DNA from: Cyanophora paradoxa CCMP329
Taxonomy: Eukaryota; Plantae; Glaucophyta
Direction: 5' to 3'
DNA: 64,000 nucleotides
NCBI GenBank assembly: GCA_004431415.1
Contig: QPMI01000502.1
Coordinates: forward strand, 62,001-126,000
In this document: positions 47,826 to 60,472 of the stretch, piece after piece
Numbering within the stretch: position 1 is the stretch's first letter
Layout of the letters: the number at the start of each line of letters is the position of its first letter
Notes under the pieces: model-generated
The model's database searches: none
Told to the model about the DNA's origin: nothing
What the model saw: the letters and a program-made list of their open reading frames with translations, nothing else
Translations under genes and position numbers: made by a program

Positions 47826-50392
47826 CTAGAAGTGGACGCGGGCGCTGGGGTGCTGGTGCTGGGCGGCGGCGACGTGCTGGCGGAAGAGCTTCTCGCCCTG
47901 GTAGGCCTCCTTGAGCTGCTTCTTGCGCTCGCGGCCGGCCTTGCGCGCCTCCTTCACCGCCGCCTTGCGCGCCTTGCGCTCCTCCGGCGTCTCGCCCTTC
48001 TTGCGGGGCTCCCCCTTGTTCACCTTCTTCTCCTCGCCCTCGCCACCCTCGCCGCCCTCGCTCCCGCTCCCCGAGGCGCTCGCGGCGCCCTCCTCGTCCC
48101 CCTCCGGGACCGTCTCGGGGCCGCCGGCGCCGGCCGCCTTGGCGCCGCGCGGGGGCACGTACTCGAAGGGCAGGCCCGACTTCTTGGAGATGCGGATGGG
48201 CCGCGGCGGCGGCGCGATCACCGTCGGCAGGTTCTCCGTGTTCGTGTACGTCGCTGCCGCCCGGCGTCAGGCGGCGGGGCGGGGCGGAGGCGGGGGCTGG
48301 GGGGCGTGGGGGGCGGACTGAGGATGGTCTCGGCGTCCCACTTGGCGTCGGCCGGCTCGTCGACGGCGCGGACCTCCTCGTCGGCCGCCGGCCCGGCGTC
48401 CTCGCGCTCCAGCAGCCGCCGCGCCAGCTCCAGCGTCTTCCGCTTCTCCGCCTCCACCGCCCCCGCGGGGCGCGCCCCCCCGCCCGGCGCCTCCCCGTCC
48501 AGCGTCATCTCCCGCAGCCGCAGCTCCGCCCGGCGCGCCTCGTCGAGGACCTCCTCCGCGGGGCCGCCGGGGACGGAGCGGGAGGCCGTGCGGCGTCGGG
48601 GCGCCTCGCCCTCGCCGTAGATCGCCTCGAGGAGGCCCCCGCGGCCCTGCTCGCGCTGCTGCTCCAGGAACTCGTCGAAGACCGCCTCGAACTCCTCCAC
48701 CCCCGCCGGTCCCGCGATCTCCTCCCCCTCCAGCTCCCCCACCTGCCCCGCCGCACCCCGCGCTCAGGCCGCGCGCCTCCGGGCGCACCCCCGGGGCGCG
48801 CACCTGCTCGTCGCCCCACTCCTCCTCGAGGGCGCGGTCGAACTGGTCGTCGATGAGGCGCGCCTCGCCCCACTTGGCGTAGCTCGACGCCATCGACGCC
48901 GCCCCGCGGTGCTGCTGCTGCCCGTGCTTGTGCCCGTGCGCCCCCGGGCCCCGCCGCGGCCCCCGCGCGCCGCCCTCCTCGCCCTCCTCGTCGAACTCGT
49001 CGTCCTCCTCCTCGTCGAACTCGTCGTCGCTGTCCCCGGGGCGCCGCCCGCCCCTGCCCGCCCGCCCCCGTCAGGCCCCGGCGGGGCGGCGGCGGGGCAA
49101 GAGACGGGGCGCACCGAGGGCGGCCGCCGTCGTACCCCTCGTCGGCGCCGTCCTCGTCGTCGGGGGCGCCCTCGGCCATGGCCTTGGCCACGAAGTCGTC
49201 GTCCAGGGCGTCGCTGCCCTCGTCGTCCGTCACCGCCTCCCCGTCGAGCGCCGCCGCCACCTCGGGGTCCAGCCCCAGCAGCGGGCCCGAGCGCGCCGCC
49301 CGGTTCAGCAGGCCCACCCGCTCCTCCCGCGCCGACGGCAGCGCCGCCGCCGGCAGGCTCGCCAGCGCCGGCGGCGCGCCCCCGGGCTTCACCCCCGACC
49401 GCGCGTCGTAGTAGATGCCGCCCCCTGCGCCCCCGCGCGCGCGCCGCGTCGGCGGGGCGGGGCCGGGACGCGCGCGGCCGGCACCTGTGCCCATGGGCCT
49501 CATGTGCTGCATGTAGTCGTACTCCCCGTCGATCGGCTCCCCGAACTCGTCCACGGGCACCCTGCGCCGGCCCCGCCCCGGCTCGGGCCCCGGGCGCGCA
49601 AGAGCGGCGAGCCCCGGGTGGCGCGCACGTGATTTTGCTCGCCCCGCCGGCCTTCGGGAGCAGGCGCTTGAGCTTGGAGGGGCCGGCGCGCGCGGCGGAA
49701 GCCTTGGGCGCCTCCTCGCCCCCCTCGTCCTCCTCCTCCTCCTCGTCCGCGTCCGCGAAGCGCCCGTCGTCGTCTCCCTCCTCCTCCTCCTCATCCTCCT
49801 CGTCCTCCTCGTCCTCCTCCTCATCCTCCTCGTCACCCTGCGCCGCGCCCTTGCCGCCAGCTAACCGGGCGGGCGGCCGCGTCGGCGGGCGCGGCCGGCG
49901 CTCGCGCGCGGGGGCCGCACCGGCGGCCTGCTTGGAAGGCGGCAGCCTTGGGCGCATGTACATCTCCAGATCGTCCTCGTTCACCTCGCCTTCGAGGTCC
50001 TCGTCATCGAAGAGCTCGCGCCACGCCGCGTGCTTCGCGTCCGCGTCCTGGCCCGGCCCAACGACCTGCAAAGGCGCAACAGTCAGCGCCCAGCCCCAAA
50101 TCTAGATGCGCGGCTCCGTACGCGCGCCGCCGGCCCAGCTAGGAATGCCCTTGGCGATCGTGCGGCGGGGCGCGGGCGGGGCGCAGCGGACGCGCTCACC
50201 GGCGTCTTGCCGGAAGCTACATGCTTCAGAACGTACTGCGACGCGTCCGGGTTCGCCGCCTCTGGGTCGCGCTGCGAGCGGTGCACGACCTGGAAGTGCT
50301 GCGCCTTCCGCTTGTCTATGAACGCCTTCTTCTTGCCCTGCAGCGTTGCGCCCGTGAGCGGGCGCAGGAACGAGAGGCGGTGGCCGCACCAT
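47826..50392 (-). CDS. LTV1: LTV1, copy B
   Basis: As copy A, with restored C-terminal frame ending ...HPSARVHF stop. Confidence 0.9.
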
Positions 50393-50774
50393 TTTTTTGC
50401 TTCTGGGGTACGTCGCCTTCCAATCGGCTCGACCCCCAGCCTCCTCTCCGAGCCTCCAGCGCGCCTTCTCCGAGCTATCGGCGCGTTTTCCAACTCGCCC
50501 GTCTGCTAGGGTCGCCGCCGTCTCGGGCGGGCGCGACCGCACAGAAGCCGCGCGCTCCCGTGGTCCCAGCGCGACCGCCCGGTGGGCGCGAAAGCGCTCT
50601 GCGACGCACCGGCAGTGCTTCGAGGCGCTCTGTGGGCGCCCCGCGGCGCCGCGGGTTGGAGGCGCGCCGCGCGCGCGCGGCGCGCGCCGCGATTTCGAAT
50701 CTGCAGCTGCATCACCCCAGCGCGCGTCCAGCCCCGGCCATAGCTAGCGCGCGGCGGGCCGCGGGCGATGCGCG

Positions 50775-52014
50775 ATGCTGTGGGAGAAGCTGCGCAGCAT
50801 CGCGGGCGACCTGCTGATCGGACAGGCCCTGAGCGCGCTGCTGACGGTCACGAGCGTCTGCTCGAAAGTACTCGCCGACCGCGGCGTCGCCGTCCCCACG
50901 GCGCAGTCGGCGATCAACTACGTGCTTCTGTTCCTCGTCTTCATGGGCCCCCGCCTCGCGCGGGCGGCCGCGGGGCGCTCGCGGCCGGCGCTGGCCCTCC
51001 CCTGGTGGCGCTACGCCCTCATCGCTGTCGCCGACGTGGAGGGTAACTTCCTCGGTGCGCGCCGCGCCCGCCGCCGCCCGCCGCCGCCCGGGCCGCGCGC
51101 CGCTCACGCCGCCGCGCCGCGCGCGCGCGCAGTGGTGAAGGCGTTCCAGCTGACGTCGTTCACGTCGGCGATGCTGCTGGACGCGTTCGCGATCCCCTGC
51201 GTCATGGGCCTCGGCTGCCTCCTCCTCGCCGCCCGCTACCGCCCCGCCCACTTCGCCGGCGCCGCCGCCGCCCTCCTCGGCCTCCTCCTCCTCGTCGCCT
51301 CCGACGCCGGCCGCGAGCGCGGGGCGCGCCCCGCCGAGGGCGACGCGCTCGTCCTCGCCGGCGCCGCCCTCTACGCCTGCTCCAACGCGGGGAGCGAGGC
51401 GGCCGTGCGGGCCACGGGCGACGCGGGGGAGCTCCTGGGCGCCGTCGGCCTCTTCGGCGCCGCCCTCTCCGCCGCGCAGGCCGCCGCCCTTGGCGAAGCC
51501 GCCGCCCTCGCCGGCTCGGCCCCGCGCTGGCCGGGCGAGTGCTGGGCGGCCTTCGCCGGCTTCGGCGCCGCGCTCTTCGCGCTGACGGCGGCGGTGCCGC
51601 GCGTGCTGCGGGGCCCCGGCGCCGTCGTCCTCAACCTCGGCCTCCTCACCTCCGACTTCTACGCCCTCGCCGTCGGCTCCCTCGCCTTCGGGGACCGGCC
51701 CTCGCCCCTCTACGCCGCCGGCTTCCTCCTCGTCGTCCGCTATCCCCCCCCCCCCCCCCCTTCCCCCCCGGGGGTACTGATCCTCTGCAGGTCGCCGGGC
51801 TCGTGGTGTACACGACGGCCCCGCCGGCCGTGCACGTGCGGGGGGCCCAGGGCGGGAGGGGTACACGCGCCTGGAGGACTGGGTGGGGACCAGCGCCGAC
51901 GCCGACGCCGACGCCGAAGCCGACGAGGAGGCGCTGAGGGCGGGCGGCGAGGGCCGATTGCCGCCCTCGCAATCGACGGCGCCCTCGCTGCCCCAGCTGC
52001 AGGCGCAGAGCTAG
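50775..52014 (+). CDS. SLC35F1/F2-like transporter, copy B
   Basis: As copy A, with an open frame through the TM helices. Confidence 0.87.
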
Positions 52015-55000
52015 AGCGCGGCCGGGGCTGCCGGGGCCTCGGCAGTACTAATTGTATAATCTAGATGTGCATGTACATGCAGTGCTGGTTAGCTGCCCAC
52101 CTGCCCGGCTTGAGCTCCTCTTCCGCAAGCTTATATATAATTAATTATAAGCTTGATCATGACCATGAGCTCGCGAGCACGCTCGGTGCCGCGGCGTGCT
52201 CGCTCATGACGCGGCCCGGCGGTGCCGTCGCGCTCGCCAGCGGCAGTGCCTTGCCCTATATAGCTATGCATAGCTAGACGACCTCGAGTTCCAGCGCGCG
52301 ATTGCGATCGCCGAATGGGGCTGCTTTGGCTTTGACATGCACGTGATACGAACTCTCCGAGGCTCGCACCGCAGATTAATTATAAAGGCCGCTCCCGCCG
52401 CCGATCTATATAGCTACGTATACCGCGAGCTACCGCTGACATTCATGATCAGAAGTTCACCCAGAGCTCGAGCACTATAGCTAGTCTAGATCTAGATCAG
52501 AAGTTCAGCCAGCGCTAGCTGCAGAAAGCTTAAGCGCCGCCTGAGGACGACAAAATGTACAAATTGCGCAAAGGGAGTGTCGACATGAACACGCGATGAT
52601 CGATATCATGAAGGCATTTTAGCCACCTGTAGGTCCATCTATCTAGCTCAGCGGCTACATATAGGGCTTCGAATTCGAATTCGCGATCGGCTTCGAGCTC
52701 CGGATTCGAATCTCTTGATCGTGACCAGACGTCGACTGCGAAACAGGTCGGCCTGCATACGCATGTACATGTGTAGCTGTGTCCTTGAACAGAGCGAAAA
52801 GCTCCTCCTTCGAAGGCATGGCAGCAAGAAGTAGCGGTAGCAGCTGGTCCAGGTTGAGCTCCGTTGAAGCGTCATTGGCAAGATTGTTGCATAAGTCGTC
52901 AACTGCAATCTTGATATTCCCCGACTTCAGAAACTCCGCGCCCGTGGCCTTGTCTACTAGTTGTGTGAATGGTGCAAATATATCTTCAATTTTCCCTCCA
53001 ATCTTCTCGACAATCTTCGTTGCGCGCTCGGTGAAGTGGCCTGCACGGCGGAGCTTCAAACAAACGGCAGCGCGCTCGCGGCAAACAGGAACTTTGATAT
53101 TATTCCCACCTAAAGTTCCTCCGTCGATCTTGTTCGCCTCCTGCAGATCGAGATTAATTTCGAGTGAACACACGTGCACGATCTCTAGATCTATCTCAGC
53201 AAGTGAAGGTCAAGATCTGGGCTCACGTTGCTCTTGGCGGATTTATTCGCAAAGAGGGCCGCGCCGCCCGCGAGAACGCTGTTGATTCCAGCCGTGATGT
53301 AACCAGGCACCCCAAACCTGCAGACCGATGAGCGCGAAAACATTCAAACTTAGTCTCCATTTGCAATTATTTTCTCACACGAAACGCACGCAGATATTCC
53401 CACAAAGATGAAAATGAACAGGATAATGAGGAAAATCGCGGATTTCAGAACCGTCTGTGCATCTCCGACGGCAAAGCGCGATTGCATGGTCACGAATCCG
53501 TAGGCTTGAGGGCGAAGAATTGAAATTATGCCGTCCATGATTTCTTTTACTTCTGCGGGCGATTGCATTTGAGTTTGTAAGGGCAAACTAAGAGGTAAAA
53601 TTTAAAATGCAGGAAATCACTTTTGCCGAATTCTTTCACAATTTGTTTTGCTTCTTTGATTTCGCGATAGCTGTAAGTTGCTCCGTCGTCCTCGTGTTCT
53701 TTCACAAGTCGTTTCGCCTCTTCGATCTCGCAATCTTCGAATTCGTGGACGGCCGTAAAGGAGAGTGAGGCCGCAGCCGGTATTGGGCTTGAAAGCCTCG
53801 CCTTAAACGCGGCCTTGGCAAGAAGTATTACGTGGACAAGGCGCTGCGACGCACTCAGAGATCAGTCAACGTAGCTCAATTCCCGAAATGGATAAAAAGG
53901 CGCACGTGCTCAATGTTCTTGATGATACGGTGCTGCGCGGCTAATTTCGCAGATTGCGCTTTCTCCTCAACAGTCGCTGCCACTTTCTCGGCCTGCGCAA
54001 TAGTCTGGGCTCCCCGCGACCAGCAGTAGACATAATCAGTCCATGCGAGAATATATTGACATCGAACTGTACGCACCGTATTCGCAAGACTGGTGACTTG
54101 ATCTGGAGAGTACCCCTCGACAGTTTTCACCGCTGACTATTGAACGGAAACGTGAGTTTATAAACGATTAATGTCTGTTAGCTATAGCATGTCTCAACGC
54201 GAAGGACGCACTGCGCATGCCTGCTCTATATTGCTAAGGCCCTCTGCGATTTGCTTCCAGCGGGTGACGAGACCAATAGTCTCGTTAATCATGTCCCGAA
54301 CATTGTTTAGTTCCACCTCAATCGTGTTTCTCACCGAGCTCAGAATGCCCAAAAACCAGTTGTGGTGAACCCAGTCGACAAATCCTCCCTCATGAACATG
54401 CGAATCCGAATGCGCGACTGAACAACCGCTCGCAAAGAACCGCAACCAACCGCATCTCCGCGGATGCTCTTCATGATCATCATGATCACTTCTCTCGTGC
54501 TTGTTCTTCTTCGAGTGACTGCCTCGAACGTGCACGTGCGACGCAGCATGTGACTTCTTCATAAAATAATATCTAGAGCTCAGACAGGTCATCATGAGCA
54601 AGGCTGTCATAATTCAAAAAACTAAATGAATTGAACTGGACACCTGCACAATGAAAGCTGAGGCGCATTCGAAAGCTGAAATTAGCGATGTTTCGGACAA
54701 ATAGTAAACTTTTATAGAGACTGGATCGCCACCGCACCAACGAGAGAAAGTAAACTCCAGTTGCTGCAATGTAAATGATGTTGTGAAGTCTAGTCTGTGT
54801 ACCATGGTAATTATAAGTTCAGATGCATGTGCATATGGAAGACGAGCGTTCGAAAGCCTCGGCTGAACTTGCCCGGGAATTTACTCGGCTCTCTGCTGAT
54901 TGTTCCCAGTCCTCCGTGGCGGTATTGGTTGTTGCAAGGGGGGAAAGAAGACCGAAGGTCTTCCCCCCTTGCTTCCCGTTCCCTCGCTTCAGCCAAAAAT

Positions 55001-55178
55001 TTTCTATGAGGCCGTTTTCGAGGTCCAGTTTGCAACAAAAAAGAGTCGAAATTGGGTTGCGACACGTGTTTGTCGCTGCGGCCGTCCATGCAAAAAGGGG
55101 TTTTCGAGGGCGAAGACCAGTTTTCCTCGCCTTGACGCCTGGAAACCAACTTCTCTCTCATTCCGGTCTTCGAATTCC

Positions 55179-55358
55179 TTGCGCGGTTCTGCATGGAACC
55201 AGTTCTCCCTAGCTGTCTCCTCTAGATTCCGGCTTCCTCGCAGTGCGTCGCGTACGCCTTGCTCTTCGTTGCGCGGTTCTGCATGGAACCACTTCTCCCT
55301 AGCTGTCTTGCTCGATCTCCTCTAGATTTCCGCTTCCTCGCACTGCGCCGCGTACGCC
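55179..55358. repeat. Two-copy ~90-bp direct repeat inside the Helitron-like element
   Basis: TTGCGCGGTTCTGCATGGAACCA.TTCTCCCTAGCTGTCT...CTCTAGATT...GCTTCCTCGCA.TGCG.CGCGTACGCC at 55179 and 55269. Confidence 0.9.
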
Positions 55359-55757
55359 GCACGGTACCCGTGCCGCCTGGACTTCTTTTCGCTGCATCAA
55401 GCTTGCACTGCAGCACGTGCACCGACGCACGCGCAGCCCGTGGGCCGGAGTGGCCCGTACCGCGTATACGTAGCTTTTCCTCGCGATCCAGCCTCTGCTC
55501 GCCGCCGCACCGCTGCGCCGACCTCGAGCTCGTTGGCGCCCCGGCGGACGTCCCTCGGCGCCGGGCGGTCCGCACCCTCGAGTGTCGCCTCGGCCCCGCG
55601 CTTGGCCGCCTCCGCCGGTCGACGTCTTGCGAGCTGACCAGCTCTTGCGAGCGCATCAGCGGCAAACCGAACGCTCGAGTTGCGAATAACAAAGAGGGGC
55701 GCGTCGACGTCTACAGCTGCAGCGCCTGAACAGCGAGCAAGCGAGATCATTGCGTGC

Positions 55758-56309
55758 CACTAGTAGATAGGGGGGGGAACTTTCGGAAGTGACGTCGACA
55801 TTATTCTGACAGTACTCCGACATTATTTATAATGTCAGAATGAATGACATTATTCTGACATCATTCTGACATTACTAGACAGCGCGAGACTTGATCTTCA
55901 AATGCTAAAATCGGCTCGGAAGCTAGGCCGGCGGGCGTCCCCGGCCCAATATTTAGCGTGGCCTTAACGCCTGGCTGGCTGGCTGGCTGGCCATGGCTGA
56001 TGTTCTCCTCTTTTGCAGGAGGTGGATAGGAAGAGAGGCCGGGCGGACGACGGGCGCGGGCGCGGGCGGCGGGCGCAGTACTATTTAGACAGTAGTATGT
56101 TGTTAGATTGATGTTATTGTGACATCAACATGACATTATATCTGATATCACTCTGACAATATTCTGACATTTTGGGATAATGTCAGAATAATATCAAGTC
56201 GGACAAAAATAATGTCAGAATAATATCGGGTCTGACATTACTAAAAGTTATAAATAATGTCAGAGTAATGTCAGAATAATGTCACTTCCCCCCCCCCTAT
56301 CTACTAGTG
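55758..56309. mobile_element. Non-autonomous CACTA (En/Spm, CMC) element / MITE, 552 bp
   Basis: TIRs CACTAGTAGATAG(G)nAA ... TT(C)nCTATCTACTAGTG; 3-bp TSD TGC (55755-55757 and 56310-56312); many subterminal GACATTATTCTGAC-type repeats in both orientations; no transposase. Confidence 0.95.
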
Positions 56310-59300
56310 TGCGGGAGAATCGGGGCGTGAACTGAGCTTCGAGCAGCGCGCCAGCCGCGTGGCTCTGCGGGCGCTCGAGGCGGCGGGCCGCCTCACCATG
56401 CTCTCGCAAGACGGCTCTCTTCAGGACCGGCGCCGCTGGCTGCAGCTCACCCCCATGGTCGACTTCCGACCCGACCCCCTCCAGAAGGCCTGGATTGCCT
56501 ATGTTTACGGCGAGCCCTCTGCAGACAGCACCATCATCTTTTAGCCAGCTGTACAGGGTTAGCGGCAGGCCGTGCGAACACGGTTCATGTGCAGCGTTTT
56601 TCCGCTCCAGAACAATCTTTCATATACAGTGCGCTGAATCTGGCCTTTCATTGAGGCTTTTCTTTATTCGGTTTGATCCCAGCGTCTAGCTGCTTATCGG
56701 GCGTTTTCTATTTTTTTTCCATCATATATATATATAATCTGTGTCTATCTTTACTACTTCAACCTGCCGCGCGCGCTGGGCCGGGGTCGATCTAGATCTG
56801 CCCCGTGCATGTTCGTGCCACTACGACTCTTTCATTAGATCCCGGTTCCCCCCTTGCACCCCCGGCGCGAGAATCGCGGCCGGGCCCCTAGTAAAGTCAA
56901 ACTCCGCCCACGCAATAGTGAACAAGTACACCGCAATCAGAACGGGGAGCGTCGGAAGAACGATGATGCCTGGCATGGGATAAAGCGGCGATCATGAAGG
57001 GTTTGCAATTGATGAATTGGATATCGATTTAATAAATTGATTACAGCAGTGGAGGGAAAAGGATAGAAGATCGCGCTTCCATCTTCTCGTAAACAGGGAT
57101 GTCCACAAGCTATCCTTTGCTGCGATGTACGCGTCTCACGAAATGGTGACAAACTTTGCGAGACGCTCGCGTGCACACCACTGGTATACGTACGACCATT
57201 TTCATCATGATCAGACTTTCCTTCGTTCATCTCGCTTTTAAGCACATTGTCCGTGTTGGCTAGCGCTTCCACGTGCGTACGTGAAGGTGGCAAGGTGCAC
57301 GTGGCCGTGGCCACATTTACGAATTCGAATTGAAGCGCATTGTCAGTGTTGGCTTCCACACCGTGAATGTACCTTGTAGCGCTCTCCTTTGCCTCCATCT
57401 CCTTTTCCTCGCGTCGCACCTTCTGTTGCAGATGGTCGAGAAGAAGTGCAATATCGACTAATAAGAAGAGACGACTGATGTTGCAGGAAACAATAACGTT
57501 CAGAATATGGAGCTTGTGCTTCTGCCATCGGCTGAGTTTGGCCTGATTTATGTCATCAGCCAGATCGCGGTCTTCCAATTCTGGATCGGGCTTTAATAAC
57601 TGTTCTGTTTTGAACTGCCCTGGGTTGCGGTGACGCAGCTGCAGGGTTTTCAGATTCTTCAGCTCGATAAATGCTCGGTTGCATTTGTTGACAAGGCCCG
57701 TGGTTGTTTTGCGAGCGAATCTATTCTCGGAAAACAATAGTCAGATGTTTGCATGCGCTATCGGCACTATATATGGGGGAATCGAAGATGAGCGAACATT
57801 AGAAGAATTCTGATTGAAATACCAAGAAGGCAGAGACCAAGGATCGCAGTAAGCACGACAAGGGCGAGGAATGTTTTCGAGCTTGATCGAAGGGACTCGG
57901 GGGTCCAAGTTTAATTTGCCAGTATTCATTGTTCATTTTCTTGAGAATGTAGGACTCTCCCTGCAGCCATCCACGTTCAAGCACCATGTTGCTGCCCTTC
58001 GGCATTTCTATGAGAGACTTATCGATGATTTTGAAGAGTTGTGACTCCGTAATTGGCGGCTTTTGCCTCAACAGCTTTGGATCGTTCGCAACGAAGGGGG
58101 TAGACCAAGAGGGACACGGTGGAATGACCGCAAGTGGGAGAAGAGTCAGGGTAGGGTAGAGCAGGCCACCAGTCATCTGCATTGAATTCGAATTCATTAG
58201 AACCACAGGAACGGTAACCCGCGACCGTCGTGCGCTGTCGCGTGCACCAGTACGAGATTCTGCGGTCGCATGAGCTCGTACATGGTGTTCGAGACAGCCA
58301 TCCACTGTCCCAAGACGTCCGAAGCTATGTGATCTGCATGTAGACGTTTCATTGAATTGCAAGCCCAGCCATAAGCTTGGCTTAAATTGGAGCTTGTATA
58401 TCAATAAACGGCAATATTGCACGAACCAGTATCAACGAACGACACATAGTCTGCCAGGAAACCGGATTAGCGATCAAAATGCGAACCAAATGTGTACAAA
58501 CAATTAATTGAAAAAACATTTGCGAACCGCTTGGCATGGCGAAGACATTGCCGGCACCGGTTTGAAGCCCTGCCGACATCGATCCGGAGTCTATATTTAT
58601 AGAGCGTGCAGAGTACGAGTCATCCCTGCTGAACAAAGCCCGCATACTTTCCCTATCTTTGAGGTTGAGAGCGATTCCGGTGGGATCGGCGGGCTGGCCT
58701 CGATTAAGGTCCCTGACAAGAACGTAACTTGCTATCGTCTAGCACGAAAATTCGGCGTTCAGCGGTTAAATGCAAGCAGTGAATCACAGCGGAGCTCACC
58801 GCTTTGGAGTCGAGACCATCGCATGCATTCTTGCTCGGACCATCAAACCGCAATTTTGAGTCGAGCGTAATCCGTGAGCCTCTCCCAGTTGCGATTGTGT
58901 TACAATCTTGAGAGCTGCAAGTGCTGGCAGTAGAACGTCCGATCGACCAGGTGACGTTAGCGCCACCAACGTGCGCGCTGACATTAATATTGGAGATATC
59001 GATTGCATCGCTGAAGAAGCACGAATCGAGCCACCTCCTGCCTCGTTGAGAAATCCGTCCAGTGGCGGCGTCACTGTGGCGCAGATCTAGAATGGTTCCC
59101 TGAACGCACAATCGCGATCGGCGACCGGCCAAATTACATTTTTGAGGAAGGACGGCAGCTTCAGCCGGCTCTCAGCGCGGTTTTATAGATAACAATTGCA
59201 AGTGGGGAATGCCTTGCCAAGTTGGATCCCGGAGCGTCGCACGCGAACCTGCTGCCATAATCGGAAATCGCCGTTCTGAAGCTGCACGTCCGCCTTCCCA

Positions 59301-59960
59301 ATTTGCTTCGAATTCCTGGTAGACATAAAGAAGATAGATCGCTTCGTATCCACGATACTCAAATCTTCAGCGATCAGCGATCCACGTGCATACGTATATA
59401 TACGCAAATCGGGGCCTGCAATTGCAAGCGTTGACGTCGAGCGCATGAGAGGCATGCAAATGAGCGGTTAGTCCATGAGCGGGGCCAGCATGAATTCGAA
59501 CTTCAAGGGCTGGAATAAATTTTTAAAAGTGAGTAGAACTTCGGAATCGGGTATGCCTTGAAAATGAAACTTCGCGTTTTGCTGAAGGACCATTCCGACA
59601 CCAGCTCCTTAAATTTCCGGTCTTTTTGGGTGAGCAGAACGTTTCGTAGAACTGGCAGCTCTTGATGATGAGAAACTCTAGATTTGAGGGTGAAGGAACT
59701 GAATTAATATAAACAGGCGGAACTGAAGGGTCGTATACTATCTACGGTACCGGTTATCGCGATCGGCAACCGCCGAACGCATAGATGCCTCCTCGCTCAG
59801 CGATTTTTATTTTTTGTGCCCGATCGCGACAGCCTGCGGCGACAGCTGCAGGCGCCAACATCAAAACGTTAACACTCCACGAGGTACCCATGGACAGGGT
59901 CCCGTTTTTCATTTTCCGCATCCGCTTTGCGAAAGGCTACACGTGGCGTAATTTTTCCGA

Positions 59961-60140
59961 GCCCCCCCCCTCCCCCCCCTTCCCGCGACATCCCCCCCCT
60001 CTACCCCCCCCCCGGCCCTCCCCTGCCCCCGCCCCTCCGGATCCCCCTCTTCCCCCCCAGCCAGGTCCCACTCCCACCTCCCACCCCTCATGATCACCCC
60101 CTCGCCCACCCCCGCCGCTCACCCCGGCCCCTCCCGCCCC
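59961..60140. repeat. C-run-rich tract (G-quadruplex-prone on the minus strand)
   Basis: More than 15 runs of 3-9 C within 180 bp of intergenic DNA. Confidence 0.6.
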
Positions 60141-60472
60141 AATATTAATGAAACCGCTGTGAACCACTTTTCACAGCAGGGGACCGGCCGCGGTTAACGT
60201 TGGGCTATTTCAGCGCTGCAACTCGTCTTGCTAGCGCTGCCACGCGTACGACGTCGACGTCGACGCGACTCGAGCTCGATCGCGAGCTCCCATATGGCCA
60301 TGCCATGATGGATAACCTACAGGCCTAGGTAGATTTATCGATGTCCGACGTCGACGGTCGGTATGCCATGATGCACATGTCGTCATGATCACGATCAAAT
60401 ACTTATACCGTAGTACGTAGATCTATAGCTAGAGGCGTACTAGCTATAGTACTAGTACTAGTGCTGCGGGAG

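Larger units (their letters stand above)
32756..54615. repeat. Copy B of the 21.6-kb duplication (better reading frames)
   Basis: Junction ...GTCATAATTC|TG|GGCGACGGTCC joins the equivalent of 54615 to the equivalent of 11112. Confidence 0.95.
54933..56891 (+). mobile_element. Non-autonomous Helitron2/Helentron-type rolling-circle element
   Basis: 13-bp asymmetric inverted repeats TGCAAGGGGGGAA (54933-54945) and TTCCCCCCTTGCA (56846-56858); 5' hairpin 54934-54972; 3' hairpin 56861-56884; CTAG end; T|T target with no TSD; removal rejoins the host frame AWAEFDF-NNQYRHGG. Confidence 0.8.
52655..59455 (-). pseudogene. Large low-GC multi-exon membrane protein gene, transposon-interrupted (possibly more than one gene)
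   Basis: Successive minus-strand coding-like blocks (52655-53179, 53350-53586, 54194-54610, 56937-57737, 57799-58422, 58704-59132) with TM segments (AIFLIILFIFIFVGISAC; IIVLPTLPVLIAVYLFTIAW) and a Cys/Ser/Thr-rich 5' part. One exon is split by the 54933-56891 element. Exon boundaries unresolved. Confidence 0.4.

Noticed and set aside
1611-51972. Many long Arg/Pro/Gly/Ala-rich ORFs in the six-frame track
   Set aside because: Shadow frames caused by very high GC and read-through of short introns; real genes are spliced and carry recognisable motifs.
55790-56290. CRISPR-like array
   Set aside because: Short repeats in both orientations without unique regular spacers; eukaryotic context, no cas genes; explained as CACTA subterminal repeats.
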